In this document: positions 1-9,685 of the stretch, one piece after another
How positions within the stretch are numbered: position 1 is the stretch's first letter
Layout of the letters: every line of letters begins with the position of its first letter
Source of the DNA: a virus
Lineage: Duplodnaviria > Caudoviricetes
Length of the DNA stretch: 64,000 bases
Virus record (IMG/VR): IMGVR_UViG_3300023105_001451
Coordinates: 1 to 64,000 of that record
Reading direction: 5' to 3' (one strand)
Program-made: the position numbers and the translations under genes
The notes under the pieces: generated by a model
The model's input: only the letters and a program-made list of their open reading frames with translations
What the model was told of the DNA's origin: nothing
The model's database searches: none

Positions 1-94
1 AAACACCCTACTACCGGATGCCGCTCAGCATGTTACGTGTGCTCCTATACGGATGCTTTTTCCACAGCGGTATTTCTAAACTGGCCCGCTAACC
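1..94 (-). ncRNA. Candidate structured non-coding RNA or DNA element, truncated by the window edge
   Basis: GC-richer non-coding stretch directly after the stop of the GIY-YIG gene. Short stems on the minus strand: AGCGG(90-86)/CCGCT(70-66); GC.TCC-GTATA-GGAGC(56-41); CATCC(20-16)/GGGTG(8-4), with a G-U pair that works only on the minus strand. Confidence 0.3.
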
Positions 95-544
95 TTATGT
101 GTTGGATTGTTTTGCCTTGATGCTATGCTCTAGCAATGCCTGTCGCAATTTGTCGGAACCGCCAACTCTAACATTAATAATTCCATTGTAATACTCGTCG
201 CTCTCTAATACACGGCGGTCAAATTGCTCTCTTGCCTCTATATAGGACATCTCGCCTCTGCCTTTGCAAAGATATAATATTTCTCTTGTAAAGTTTTCTG
301 GGCCTAACTTGTCTACGTCTGCTTGTAGCCTATCTGAAGATCCCCAATAGTCTCTCCAATCGCTTTCTTTGTAGCCTCGTCTTTTATTTTTTTTGCCTTT
401 GAGTGGTGGCTTAGTTGTTTTAAATTTGGCTAGTTTTTTGCCTATGTATTTTTGCCCAGTAGTTGTGTTGGTTATGAGATAAACAAAGCCTTCATATTCG
501 TCTGGTATTGTATCAATTGGTTTGCCTTCATAAGTCCACTGCAT
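95..544 (-). CDS. GIY-YIG family endonuclease (Seg-like catalytic domain, stand-alone)
   Basis: GFVYLITN..TGQKYIGKK (GIY-YIG), YWGSS, FTREIL, conserved E (IEAREQ) and YYN motifs; 149 aa. Confidence 0.8.
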   Translation of the reverse strand: MQWTYEGKPIDTIPDEYEGFVYLITNTTTGQKYIGKKLAKFKTTKPPLKGKKNKRRGYKESDWRDYWGSSDRLQADVDKLGPENFTREILYLCKGRGEMSYIEAREQFDRRVLESDEYYNGIINVRVGGSDKLRQALLEHSIKAKQSNT

Positions 545-549
545 GAACT

Positions 550-555
550 TACTTA
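550..555 (-). promoter_or_regulatory. Late-promoter-like hexamer TAAGTA, 5 nt before the ATG (probably leaderless)
   Basis: Minus strand reads TAAGTA-AGTTC-ATG with no Shine-Dalgarno; same geometry as the pair at 60094-60110. Confidence 0.45.
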
Positions 556-562
556 CCGATGC

Positions 563-766
563 CTATTCTTTGTCACCTTCTTTTTTGGTTTGAAAGGTAT
601 TATGAATTTCGTCCATACGCATTTTAGCAAGATCTCTAATTTCTCTTAAGAGTCTTCTTGCTTCTCTATGTGTGCGAACACTATTTCTTGTTTCAAACTT
701 TTCGTTTGCCTTAAAATATGCCATGTACGCTTTTACTAACTTGTCATGTGTGTCATCATCGATCAT
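563..766 (-). CDS. Small basic helical protein, possibly Hc1/histone H1-like DNA-binding
   Basis: 67 aa, start overlaps the gp46 stop (translational coupling). FETRNSVRTHREARRLLREIRDLAK resembles the F.EKGN.SA..RAR..L.E pattern of small Hc1-like proteins (recalled similarity). Confidence 0.5.
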   Translation of the reverse strand: MIDDDTHDKLVKAYMAYFKANEKFETRNSVRTHREARRLLREIRDLAKMRMDEIHNTFQTKKEGDKE

Positions 767-2532
767 TCTACAACATCTAAATCATTCTCATAACTAGTAA
801 ATCCGTTTTCTTTAACAACTTTTAAAATATGATTTACTCTGCCTACTAATTCGTCTTTGTGACTAATCAAGAAAATGTTTTTATCACGTTCTCTAGTCAT
901 TTTCTTAAGAACACTTAATGAATTTTCAACACCAGCAGTGTCCATACCGCTATCGATCAACTCGTCAATAAACAACAAGTTGATATTTTGATATAAACTT
1001 TCCCAAACATCACGGAATGCAAAACTTAAACCAAGAATCAAACGGTTACGTTCGCCTCTTGACAAATTATCAAAGTCTAAATCTTGTCCTAGTTGGGTAA
1101 TTTCGACATTTAAGTCATTTTGGAATACTACTTGGTGTGGCAAGCCTAATTTATCAAGGTAATATGTGAGCCTATTGTTTAAATATGCAAGATTTTGTTC
1201 AATAATCTTTTTACGAATAAACGAATCTTTGTTTGTTAACAGTTTTAATAAAAATTCTTGATGATCTTTTACATTTGTTAACTCGTTTACAGTATTCCAA
1301 TCAATGTCTTGTATAGCACTGTTATTAAGTTCGTCAATTTGTGCCTGATACGGATCTTCTTCTTGCTGTTTACTTAGCAGTGTTTGCTTTAAGTTATCTA
1401 CATTGTTTCGATGTTCGTATGCTTCTTTAGCAGTTTCGTAAAATGTATTAGGACGACCGTTTATATCTCCGATATCAGCTAATCCTTTTAGTACATCTTC
1501 TAGCTTACTAGCAACTTCAGTTTGATAAGCCATTGCATCGTTTAATTCTTTTGCTTTTCTTGTTTCAATCTCTGCTTTTTTGTCGTCGTGTAGTGCTTGT
1601 CCGCAAGTATAACAAGTAGCATCTTCAAGATTTGCGATGTCTTTTTCTGCTTTTTCTACAGACTTAGTGGCACGTAATAGTGCGCTCTCTAGTGTGCTTT
1701 TTTCTTTATTAAGAGCCGTAATTGCAGTGTTTAATTCAGTCCAATTTTGAAGTTTTTCATGTGCTTCTAGCTCAGAATCAATATTTAAATGCTCTAATTC
1801 GTCGATTGCTTTGGATAGTTTATCGCTATCTTGCTGCTTTTTAGCTAACCAAGCACGTTGATTCTTTTTAAGATTTTCAATAGTAGTTTCGATCTTACTA
1901 TTAGCAGTTTGTATTGCTTCAATTTTAAGAGTTTCTTCTGTAATTAAATCTTTAGTAGATTTAATTTCTTCTTTGAGTGCATCTGCCTTTTCTGATAAGA
2001 TAGTAATACCGAGTAACTGCTCAATAATAGCACGTTGATCGTTAGTTCTCATACTCAAGAACGGTTCTGAGTAAGTGTTTAGTGCAACAATGTGCTTAAA
2101 CATGTCATGACTCATACCTAACAAGTCATTTAAGAATTCTTGCGTCTTACGACTGTCGCCTTGCGATTCGTCTTGTGCTTGTTCTTCTTGATTTATAAAA
2201 AATTTAAAAAATGTAGGAGATCTACCACGTTCGATTCTATAATCTATACCATCTTTTTCAAAATCAAGGCTAACAACCATACCTTTACTGTTAGTTTTAT
2301 TGATAAGGTTGTTACGTTTAATATTAGTTAGTGCTGTTCCGTAAAGAGCGTAACTTAGTGCATTAATAATTGTTGTTTTACCTGTTCCGTTACGTGAACC
2401 GCTATCGTCTCCGCCTTGATCTAAGTTTTCGCCAAGTACTAGTGTTAGTTTTTCTCTGTTAAAATCTACAGCCTGGGTCTGATTACCCACACTCATAAAG
2501 TTTTTTACTGTAAGGTCTTTAATTTTAATCAT
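763..2532 (-). CDS. gp46: Recombination endonuclease ATPase subunit (T4 gp46 / SbcC / Rad50-like)
   Basis: KNFMSVGN N-terminus, Walker A NGTGKTT, central coiled coil with zinc hook CYTC, signature LSRGE, Walker B LLFIDE, H-loop ISH. Confidence 0.95.
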   Translation of the reverse strand: MIKIKDLTVKNFMSVGNQTQAVDFNREKLTLVLGENLDQGGDDSGSRNGTGKTTIINALSYALYGTALTNIKRNNLINKTNSKGMVVSLDFEKDGIDYRIERGRSPTFFKFFINQEEQAQDESQGDSRKTQEFLNDLLGMSHDMFKHIVALNTYSEPFLSMRTNDQRAIIEQLLGITILSEKADALKEEIKSTKDLITEETLKIEAIQTANSKIETTIENLKKNQRAWLAKKQQDSDKLSKAIDELEHLNIDSELEAHEKLQNWTELNTAITALNKEKSTLESALLRATKSVEKAEKDIANLEDATCYTCGQALHDDKKAEIETRKAKELNDAMAYQTEVASKLEDVLKGLADIGDINGRPNTFYETAKEAYEHRNNVDNLKQTLLSKQQEEDPYQAQIDELNNSAIQDIDWNTVNELTNVKDHQEFLLKLLTNKDSFIRKKIIEQNLAYLNNRLTYYLDKLGLPHQVVFQNDLNVEITQLGQDLDFDNLSRGERNRLILGLSFAFRDVWESLYQNINLLFIDELIDSGMDTAGVENSLSVLKKMTRERDKNIFLISHKDELVGRVNHILKVVKENGFTSYENDLDVVE

Positions 2533-3543
2533 TTATAACTCGTTGTATATGTCTAGTAACATCTTTTTGTCAAAGTTATCACTATCGATGGCAGCAATTT
2601 CTTTAGATACTATTTCGTCAACACTTTCAAATGCCGAAATGTCTAAGTCAGTAGTAATCTCTTCGATTTGTTTTTGTGGAATTAGTGTAATTTCTCTGCA
2701 ATTATTTTGCGAAATATATGTTTCTTTGATAAATTGTGCTTCTTCATAAGAAATTGGCACATCAATAGTAACACGCAGATACATTTTAGGTTTAATAATG
2801 TCTGCATCTGGATCTAATAACTTGCTTAATGTAGTTGTACGATATTTTGGGCAATTCCACCAGTTTAAGTATTCGGGCTCTTTACCATTTTCTTTATCTA
2901 GTATCATCATACCACGTTCATCATCCCATGCGTCTGCATAGTTGTGTGGAAATGCATTACCAATATAATGAATCTTGCCTTGTACTTGACGTTTATGGAA
3001 GTGTCCGCTAAACACATAGTCTTGATTTACAAAATGTTGCGGACGCAAGTCTCCGTGATCTGGCATTTGGACCATAGCATTCATATAAAAACTTGGAAGT
3101 TCGAAGTGTCCAAAAATATATTTGGCTTTAATCTTCTCAATTTTCTTCCACTCGTCGCCTACTAGCCATGGAACAAGTGCTACATCATCTTCTTCGTAGA
3201 TTTCGTCTACTAAGGTGATACCTTCAATATGTTTACCGAATATAGTTGAGCTTACATCACGTTTGTCTTTGTAATATAAGTCATGATTACCAACAAACAT
3301 ATAAAATTTGTCAAATGCTTTGCCTAGTTTTTCTAAACAACGTATTGTTGCATCCATTGTTGTAAGATTTAGGCTGTTTCTATTGTGATGCCAGTCACCA
3401 CAAAATATACCAGTTTCACATCCATGATTTTTAGCCTGTTCAATGTACCAATCGATAAATTCTTCACAATCTTCGTTGTGAACACGACTGTTACCTTTCA
3501 ATCCAAAATGGATATCTGTAAAGACTGCTGCTTTTTTAAACAA
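2533..3543 (-). CDS. gp47: Recombination endonuclease nuclease subunit (T4 gp47 / SbcD / Mre11-like)
   Basis: Metallophosphoesterase motifs DIHFG, GDWHH, GNHD, GHFE, SGHFH; adjacent to gp46; TTG start with AGAGGA RBS. Confidence 0.95.
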   Translation of the reverse strand: MFKKAAVFTDIHFGLKGNSRVHNEDCEEFIDWYIEQAKNHGCETGIFCGDWHHNRNSLNLTTMDATIRCLEKLGKAFDKFYMFVGNHDLYYKDKRDVSSTIFGKHIEGITLVDEIYEEDDVALVPWLVGDEWKKIEKIKAKYIFGHFELPSFYMNAMVQMPDHGDLRPQHFVNQDYVFSGHFHKRQVQGKIHYIGNAFPHNYADAWDDERGMMILDKENGKEPEYLNWWNCPKYRTTTLSKLLDPDADIIKPKMYLRVTIDVPISYEEAQFIKETYISQNNCREITLIPQKQIEEITTDLDISAFESVDEIVSKEIAAIDSDNFDKKMLLDIYNEL

Positions 3544-3556
3544 ATTAGAATCCTCT

Positions 3557-3599
3557 ATTATAACAATACTAGTTTACAATCATAAAACTAATATGTCAA
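3557..3599 (-). promoter_or_regulatory. Sigma70-type promoter(s) for gp47-gp46
   Basis: TTGACA(3599-3594)-17 nt-TAAACT(3576-3571), plus an extended -10 TGtTATAAT ending at 3557. Confidence 0.6.
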
Positions 3600-4430
3600 C
3601 TACTTTTTTGCTTCGGCTTCTTTTTCGCGAGCAACTGCTGCTTCCCATTCGCCTTGATGTTGTCTAGTATACGAAGGATTCATGTCATTCATTTCTAAAA
3701 TGTCATCTCTTATGTTTTGATTGCGTTTTTCTAAGTTAATAACACGCACAAAGCTATTAGTAACAGCAGCGGTATAATAAGCAAAGGGGTTATTAGATTT
3801 GGATTCATCAAATTGTAGTCCTATTTGTGATAATTGAAGGATTGCTTGTCCTTTCATCTCATCATTGTAAGTATATCCTCTCACATTTCCTCTAGTTGCA
3901 TATCTATCAACTAGTTTCATCCACATTCTTGCTAATTCGTTAGTGGCTCTTGCATGTTTTAAACTAAAACTACCGTTTTCCATGCCGCCAACCCAGTGAC
4001 TTTTGCCTACGCATACTAATTCGTCATCGTCATTAAACTTATAATGTTGAAAAGGGGGAAAATTTAGTTTTACTTTTGTATCTGCAATAGTTTTCGGTGT
4101 TTTCTTGCGCCCAGGCTCATCAGGAATGTGATCAAAAGTCATTATACGAAAAATTAATTCTTCTTTTGTAATTTTTTTGTAGTCAACTTCGCAGTCTGCT
4201 TGTTTAACTCTTTCTCCGGATGCTTTTCTTTCTTGGTAATCGGCATCTCCTAAACGTTTTGCTTTGTTACGCTTGGCTTCTGCAATGGTTCTTATGTTAA
4301 TCTTTTCTAAACTAGGCAAAATAATATCATATTGTGCATAGTCTGGATCAACAAAGCTGCTAAATTGTGATTTTGAAATATGTATCTGTTTTAATAAATC
4401 TTTATTGTTTAAATAATTCTGTTTCCTCAC
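3600..4430 (-). CDS. gp55: Late-transcription sigma factor (T4 gp55-like)
   Basis: N-terminal NYLNNKDLL; core RGYTYNDEM...QFDESKSNNPFAYYT...F.R.I..EK; T4-like synteny gp55-gp47-gp46. Confidence 0.85.
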   Translation of the reverse strand: MRKQNYLNNKDLLKQIHISKSQFSSFVDPDYAQYDIILPSLEKINIRTIAEAKRNKAKRLGDADYQERKASGERVKQADCEVDYKKITKEELIFRIMTFDHIPDEPGRKKTPKTIADTKVKLNFPPFQHYKFNDDDELVCVGKSHWVGGMENGSFSLKHARATNELARMWMKLVDRYATRGNVRGYTYNDEMKGQAILQLSQIGLQFDESKSNNPFAYYTAAVTNSFVRVINLEKRNQNIRDDILEMNDMNPSYTRQHQGEWEAAVAREKEAEAKK

Positions 4431-4454
4431 AGTAATCTCCTGATTTGATAAGTT

Positions 4455-4483
4455 ATTATAATATACGCAGTTAATTTTGTCAA
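4455..4483 (-). promoter_or_regulatory. Consensus sigma70 promoter driving gp55
   Basis: TTGACA(4483-4478)-17 nt-TATAAT(4460-4455); GGAG RBS downstream. Confidence 0.8.
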
Positions 4484-4484
4484 C

Positions 4485-4490
4485 TAAATA
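4485..4490 (+). promoter_or_regulatory. Late promoter motif (TAAATA) for the baseplate operon
   Basis: cTAAATA followed by AGGAG RBS and ATG at 4508; matches the core of the T4 late promoter TATAAATA. Confidence 0.6.
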
Positions 4491-4507
4491 ATGTATAGGA
4501 GAAGCAT

Positions 4508-5272
4508 ATGGTAGATAGCTTTAGCAACGAAAATTTAAATGGTAGTACATTCCCTTCTGGTTCTGGAGTTTCACAGTCGAGTGAAGCAGTAACAAATCCA
4601 TCAGCTAGAAGAAGAGGCGACTTACCGGTCGGTGCTGTTTCGTCAACTGATTTAAACTTTGTACAAGCCAATTGGGGATCAAAAACAGATTTAGACTGGA
4701 GAGTAAGGCTTTCTTTACCGCCAAACTTTCAAAACAGTCCTGTAATGGCTCCCTTGTTAGAAACAGACGGATTTATGTTTCCTTTTACACCTCAAATAAC
4801 AATGGAACATACTGCTAACTACAATGCACTTCATCCTACACATAGTAATTATCCGTTTCCAGCCTACAAGAACAGTCAAGTGAGTTCTTTAACAATAATT
4901 GGCGAGTTTTTTGTTGAAAATGCAAAAGAAGCTGAGTATTGGGTTGCAGCAACACATTATTTAAGAAGTGTTACTAAAATGGCATATGGTAAAACAAGTA
5001 ATCAAGGTTCTCCGCCCCCTGTTGTTAAATTAAATGGATACGGTGACTTTGTTTTTAATAATATACCTGTAACAGTAACTTACTTTACAGTAGATTTACC
5101 TAGTGATGTTGATTACATTCAATGTGATATTGGTGAAAACGGAACTTGGGTTCCGGTTAGAAGTGCAATCAATGTTCAAGTACAACCTACTTATAGTAGA
5201 AAATCTATTACTAAGTTTAGTTTAGACAAATTTGTTAATGGTGGATATATTGGTAACAAAGGATTTATCTAA
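4508..5272 (+). CDS. Baseplate tail-tube initiator/cap-like protein (gp48/gp54-type)
   Basis: FPFTPQI, Y....PTHSNY, GSPPPVVKLNGYG..VFNNIPV motifs typical of tube-fold baseplate proteins; lies just before gp53. Confidence 0.6.
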   Translation: MVDSFSNENLNGSTFPSGSGVSQSSEAVTNPSARRRGDLPVGAVSSTDLNFVQANWGSKTDLDWRVRLSLPPNFQNSPVMAPLLETDGFMFPFTPQITMEHTANYNALHPTHSNYPFPAYKNSQVSSLTIIGEFFVENAKEAEYWVAATHYLRSVTKMAYGKTSNQGSPPPVVKLNGYGDFVFNNIPVTVTYFTVDLPSDVDYIQCDIGENGTWVPVRSAINVQVQPTYSRKSITKFSLDKFVNGGYIGNKGFI

Positions 5273-5586
5273 TGAGACAGATTGATGTAAACTACGAAAA
5301 TAACAGTCCATGGTTTAAAACTGAAATAGTAAACGATCTTTATTTAGATACTTTACAAATTAGACCAATACCGTCAAGTGACGATGATATTTTATACGAA
5401 GTGCAACCTCAATATACATATCGTCCCGATTTGCTTGCATTTGATTTGTATGGCACTAAAAATTTATGGTGGGTATTTGCACAACGTAACATTGATTTAC
5501 TAAAAGATCCGGTGTACGATTTAATACCAGGCGTTAAAATTTATTTACCTAAAGGGGATGCGTTAGCAAGAACGCTAGGAGCTTAA
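5272..5586 (+). CDS. gp53: Baseplate wedge subunit, LysM-like (T4 gp53-like)
   Basis: YRPDLLAFDLYG..NLWWVF...N motif, ending IYLP. Confidence 0.8.
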   Translation: MRQIDVNYENNSPWFKTEIVNDLYLDTLQIRPIPSSDDDILYEVQPQYTYRPDLLAFDLYGTKNLWWVFAQRNIDLLKDPVYDLIPGVKIYLPKGDALARTLGA

Positions 5587-5587
5587 T

Positions 5588-7966
5588 ATGCCTTTTATAG
5601 ATAACACATCTAATAATATATTCTTTGGAGATAACGGCGTTGGCGCAGCCGGAACTACTAATAGAGCAACTATTAATGATAATGGGACAGTTTCTCAAAC
5701 TCTTAACTTTCTTCAAAATCCTAGTTTAGCAGGAGCAACAGCACTTTATGGTGCTGATGTATATCCTTTTAGAAATGAACTAGATCAGTTTGCAAGTTAT
5801 GCTCCGATATTTACATTAGGCTGTTTAACAAACTTAGAATTTAATTTTCCTTTAAGTTATAGAACCTTAGGACCGTTAGTTAAAATTATTAGAAGCGGTG
5901 GCGGCGGAGGACCAACTATACCGTCATTATACGATTTAGATGGAAAAAGAGAATTTTTTATTGAAGACGTTATGATAAAAAATACAGTAGCACCAAATCC
6001 TAAAACAAGGCATAGTAATGCTACACAAATTAATTTTAAAGTAATTGAACCTTATTCAATGGGGCAGTTTTTTCACAATTTAAGAAGTGCTTCTCTTGTA
6101 ACTGGACACAAAAACTATTTAGAAGCACCTTTTTTATTAAGCGTAGCATTTATAGGATACGACGATGACGGCAACGTTGTTTCACCATTTTTTAGCCAAA
6201 GGCATTTTCCGATACAACTAGTTGAAGTTGACATGGAAGTAAACGAATCAGGTGCAGTATATAGTGTAAAGGCTGCTCCTTATACTGACAGAGCATTAAC
6301 TAATAGAACACAAAGGTTAAAAGCTGATGTAGAAATTACAGGACGTACTGTTGCAGAACTTTTACAAACTGGTCCAAAAAGTTTAACAGCTGAAATGAAT
6401 AGAATTGCAGATGATCAAGTTAAAGCCAGACAGCACGGCTCTTTTGGCGGAATGACAGACAAATATGTTATACAATTTCCAAACACTTCTCTATTAGGTG
6501 CTATATCAGGTGCAGTAAGTTCAATTGCGTCTGCTATAACAGGTTCATTAAACTCGGTAGGAAATACTATACAAGACTGGTATCAAGGATTAGTTGGCGA
6601 CCAAGGAATTGTACCTCCAAGGGTCGGAGAACGATTAGCAGAAAACCAGAATATTTTTACTCTAGGTAGTATGTTAGGAGACAAATTAAAAGCAGAAGCA
6701 ATAACTAACATGAATGATATTGGAAAGTCGTCATTATTGAAACCAGGAACTACATATAACTTTGGTGGCACACCATATCAACTCCCGTCATTTGCTGAAG
6801 ATCCAACCGATCCAACTAGATTAAAACGTGGACTAATATCATACGATCCCGAAGCTCATGCATATTCGTTTGAAAAAGATTCTAAAATTACAGAAATAAT
6901 TGAAGAAGTTATTATCACCTCGCAATATGCTAGAGATTTTTCCGAGATGCGATCTGATGCAACTGGTGCAGTTAGATGGTTTAGAATTGAAGCACAAGTG
7001 TATAACTCGGGAGGACTCTTACAAGGATTAGTTACTGGTGAAACACCAAAAATATATGTTTATCGTGTTAGGCCCTACAAGTCAGATGAGTCTAATTTCT
7101 CAGCACCTGGAGCAACTAGTTTCGGTAAAACGTTGCTTAAACAATTATTAACACCAAAGGCTTATAGTTACATCTATACAGGAGTTAACAAAGATATTAT
7201 CGATTTTGAATTAAAGTTTAATCAAATGTTTTATACCGGAGTTGATGCAGCTAGATCACAAAAGCAGTTATTTTCTAGACTAGGCGGTGCTTTAGGATTT
7301 ACTAAAAAGGATCCTGACACACCAACTACTACTGGTAACAATGCAGGTAATGTAGGATCCGCATCAGGTAATGGTAGAATTGCTGACGATTCTGCAGATA
7401 CAATCCGTGAAGGTGCAAACGGAGGTAATGGTGCTGATGATCCTGAAACTGGTGCAGCAAGATACTTTAATGATATGATGATTAATTCGTCAAATGACTT
7501 GTTAAAAGTTGATTTAAAAATTCACGGTGATCCTTATTTTATTTCAGATGTTGGTGTAGGTAATTATTTAGGATTACCTAGTTTTCCATTTTTACCAGTT
7601 ACACTTGACGGTAGTATGAATCCTATGGACGGCGAAGTTTATGTAATTTTAAACTTTAGAACTCCTATAGATTACGATGGCAAAGATGGTTATGTAGAAT
7701 ATCCTTTAGGCGGATTTTTACCAATTGCCATGTTTAGTGGAATATATTCTGTAATACAAGTAGAAAATAATTTTGAAGATGGAAAGTTTACCCAAACACT
7801 AGAGTTAGCAAGAAAAAGAAATCAAGACATTTCAATTGAAAGTGTTGCTGGCGCAGCTCTTAATTTCTTATTCGGTGGTAACGGAAAAGTAATACAAAAA
7901 GGCAATAAATCAAACCGTATTGGTGTTGAGACAAACCCAGGACCAGATGATGGGTTAAGAGGTTAA
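5588..7966 (+). CDS. Baseplate hub protein (gp27/gpD-like)
   Basis: Between gp53 and gp5; C-terminal LKIHGDPYFI and SGIYSVIQVENNFEDGKFTQTLEL are typical of hub proteins. Confidence 0.65.
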   Translation: MPFIDNTSNNIFFGDNGVGAAGTTNRATINDNGTVSQTLNFLQNPSLAGATALYGADVYPFRNELDQFASYAPIFTLGCLTNLEFNFPLSYRTLGPLVKIIRSGGGGGPTIPSLYDLDGKREFFIEDVMIKNTVAPNPKTRHSNATQINFKVIEPYSMGQFFHNLRSASLVTGHKNYLEAPFLLSVAFIGYDDDGNVVSPFFSQRHFPIQLVEVDMEVNESGAVYSVKAAPYTDRALTNRTQRLKADVEITGRTVAELLQTGPKSLTAEMNRIADDQVKARQHGSFGGMTDKYVIQFPNTSLLGAISGAVSSIASAITGSLNSVGNTIQDWYQGLVGDQGIVPPRVGERLAENQNIFTLGSMLGDKLKAEAITNMNDIGKSSLLKPGTTYNFGGTPYQLPSFAEDPTDPTRLKRGLISYDPEAHAYSFEKDSKITEIIEEVIITSQYARDFSEMRSDATGAVRWFRIEAQVYNSGGLLQGLVTGETPKIYVYRVRPYKSDESNFSAPGATSFGKTLLKQLLTPKAYSYIYTGVNKDIIDFELKFNQMFYTGVDAARSQKQLFSRLGGALGFTKKDPDTPTTTGNNAGNVGSASGNGRIADDSADTIREGANGGNGADDPETGAARYFNDMMINSSNDLLKVDLKIHGDPYFISDVGVGNYLGLPSFPFLPVTLDGSMNPMDGEVYVILNFRTPIDYDGKDGYVEYPLGGFLPIAMFSGIYSVIQVENNFEDGKFTQTLELARKRNQDISIESVAGAALNFLFGGNGKVIQKGNKSNRIGVETNPGPDDGLRG

Positions 7967-7975
7967 GAACATAAA

Positions 7976-9682
7976 ATGGCAACAGAAAAAAGAGATAATT
8001 TAGATAGAAATCGCAATACTACAGGTATATTTCTCGGTAAAGTTGTTAATCATTTAGATACAACTTACATGGGAGGAATACAAGTTGAGATATTAAGAAA
8101 ATCTGCAACAGGTAGTTTTCAAGGCGAAACTGTTGCATGTAAATATGCAAGTCCATTTTATGGACAAACGCCTTATTCTGGACTTTCTGAAAACAGTGAT
8201 TTTGCTAGTACACAAAAAAGTTATGGGTTTTGGGCAGTTCCGCCTGATATTGGTACACAAGTTATAGTTGTAATGCCAGAAGGCGACTTTTCACAAGCAT
8301 ATTGGATTGGGTGTGTACCTGATGTTGGTATGAATTTTATGACACCTGGGTATGCAGGAACAACTTACAATGATCAAGATACTGCTGCTGCATTACCGGT
8401 TGGTGAATATAATAAATTAGTTGAAGGCGGTGACGGCAAAGATGTAACACAAATTACAAAACCTGCTGATCCTAATAAACTTGAACAGCTTGAAGAAAGC
8501 GGACTAAAAACTGATCATATTAGAGGTACTACTACTTCAAGCGCAAGACGAGAAGTTCCTAGTATGGTGTTTGGAATGAGTACACCAGGACCGCATGATC
8601 CTGATGGACCAAAACATCAATACGGTCCGACAATTGGCTCATCAATACAAGCACCGTTTAATAGATTAGGTGGTTCTAGTTTTGTAATGGATGACGGAGA
8701 TCCTAGCTTGTTTAGAAAAATGCCTGCAAAAGATGACAAGATGGAATATGCAAATCTTGACGCTGGAGATACATCAGGCGACAAAAAAATACCAGCAAAT
8801 GAGTTAATAAGATTAAAAACAAGATCAGGGCATCAAATATTATTGCATAACTCAGAAGACTTAATATACATTTCACACGGCAGTGGCAAAAGTTGGATAG
8901 AAATGACAGCCAACGGAAAAATAGAAATTTATTCCGAAGACAGTGTAAGTATTAATACAGATAACGACTTAAACCTTAATGCAGGCAGAGATATTAATAT
9001 GGCTGCTAAAGAAGATATTAATATTATTGCTGATAAAGACATCAAAATGCATTCTTTAGAAAAAACTACGCACCATGCAAAAAATTATAAAATGCATGTT
9101 GAAAATAGATCAGATATTAGAATTGATAATGAATCGTATACTAGAGTAGGGTCTGACCAACATTTGTGGGTCGAAGGTGCTAAATTAACAATTATAAAAA
9201 ACGAAATGAGAACTATGGTTGATAATACTGTAGCACTAGAAGCAAATCGTATATCTCATAGCGCAAAAGATAGACATACTATGGGATCGTCTAACACTTT
9301 TATTAATAGTAATTTAGAAGTAAACGGAAGACTAAATTGTTCACTTTTAAATTCAGGTGCTATAAACGGTACAGGTGCAGGCTCACCGTGGCCTGATTCA
9401 GGACCAGGTGATGATCAAAAACTAAACAGTTATTCTTTCCAGTACACAGGAGAACAACCAGAACTTGCCGAAGGCGGCGAAGAAGCAAAAGAATTTGAAG
9501 ATGATGAATTTGCATTTTATGTTAAAAGAATTCCAAAGCACGAACCTTGGGAAGAACATGAAAATCTTGATCCACAAAAGTTTATTCCTGATGAAACACA
9601 ATCAACAGAAAAAGAACGTCCAGAAGAAGAAGAGTCGGAATTTGAATTTCCTCCAATAGACGATACATTTAAGAAGGGGTAA
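7976..9682 (+). CDS. gp5: Baseplate central spike (gp5/VgrG-like), without a lysozyme domain
   Basis: N-terminal OB-fold (GKVVNHLD..GGIQV; PPDIGTQVIV; YWIGC), RLKTRSGHQI, GKSWIEMTANGKIEIYS, then beta-helix repeats. Confidence 0.75.
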   Translation: MATEKRDNLDRNRNTTGIFLGKVVNHLDTTYMGGIQVEILRKSATGSFQGETVACKYASPFYGQTPYSGLSENSDFASTQKSYGFWAVPPDIGTQVIVVMPEGDFSQAYWIGCVPDVGMNFMTPGYAGTTYNDQDTAAALPVGEYNKLVEGGDGKDVTQITKPADPNKLEQLEESGLKTDHIRGTTTSSARREVPSMVFGMSTPGPHDPDGPKHQYGPTIGSSIQAPFNRLGGSSFVMDDGDPSLFRKMPAKDDKMEYANLDAGDTSGDKKIPANELIRLKTRSGHQILLHNSEDLIYISHGSGKSWIEMTANGKIEIYSEDSVSINTDNDLNLNAGRDINMAAKEDINIIADKDIKMHSLEKTTHHAKNYKMHVENRSDIRIDNESYTRVGSDQHLWVEGAKLTIIKNEMRTMVDNTVALEANRISHSAKDRHTMGSSNTFINSNLEVNGRLNCSLLNSGAINGTGAGSPWPDSGPGDDQKLNSYSFQYTGEQPELAEGGEEAKEFEDDEFAFYVKRIPKHEPWEEHENLDPQKFIPDETQSTEKERPEEEESEFEFPPIDDTFKKG

Positions 9683-9685
9683 TAA

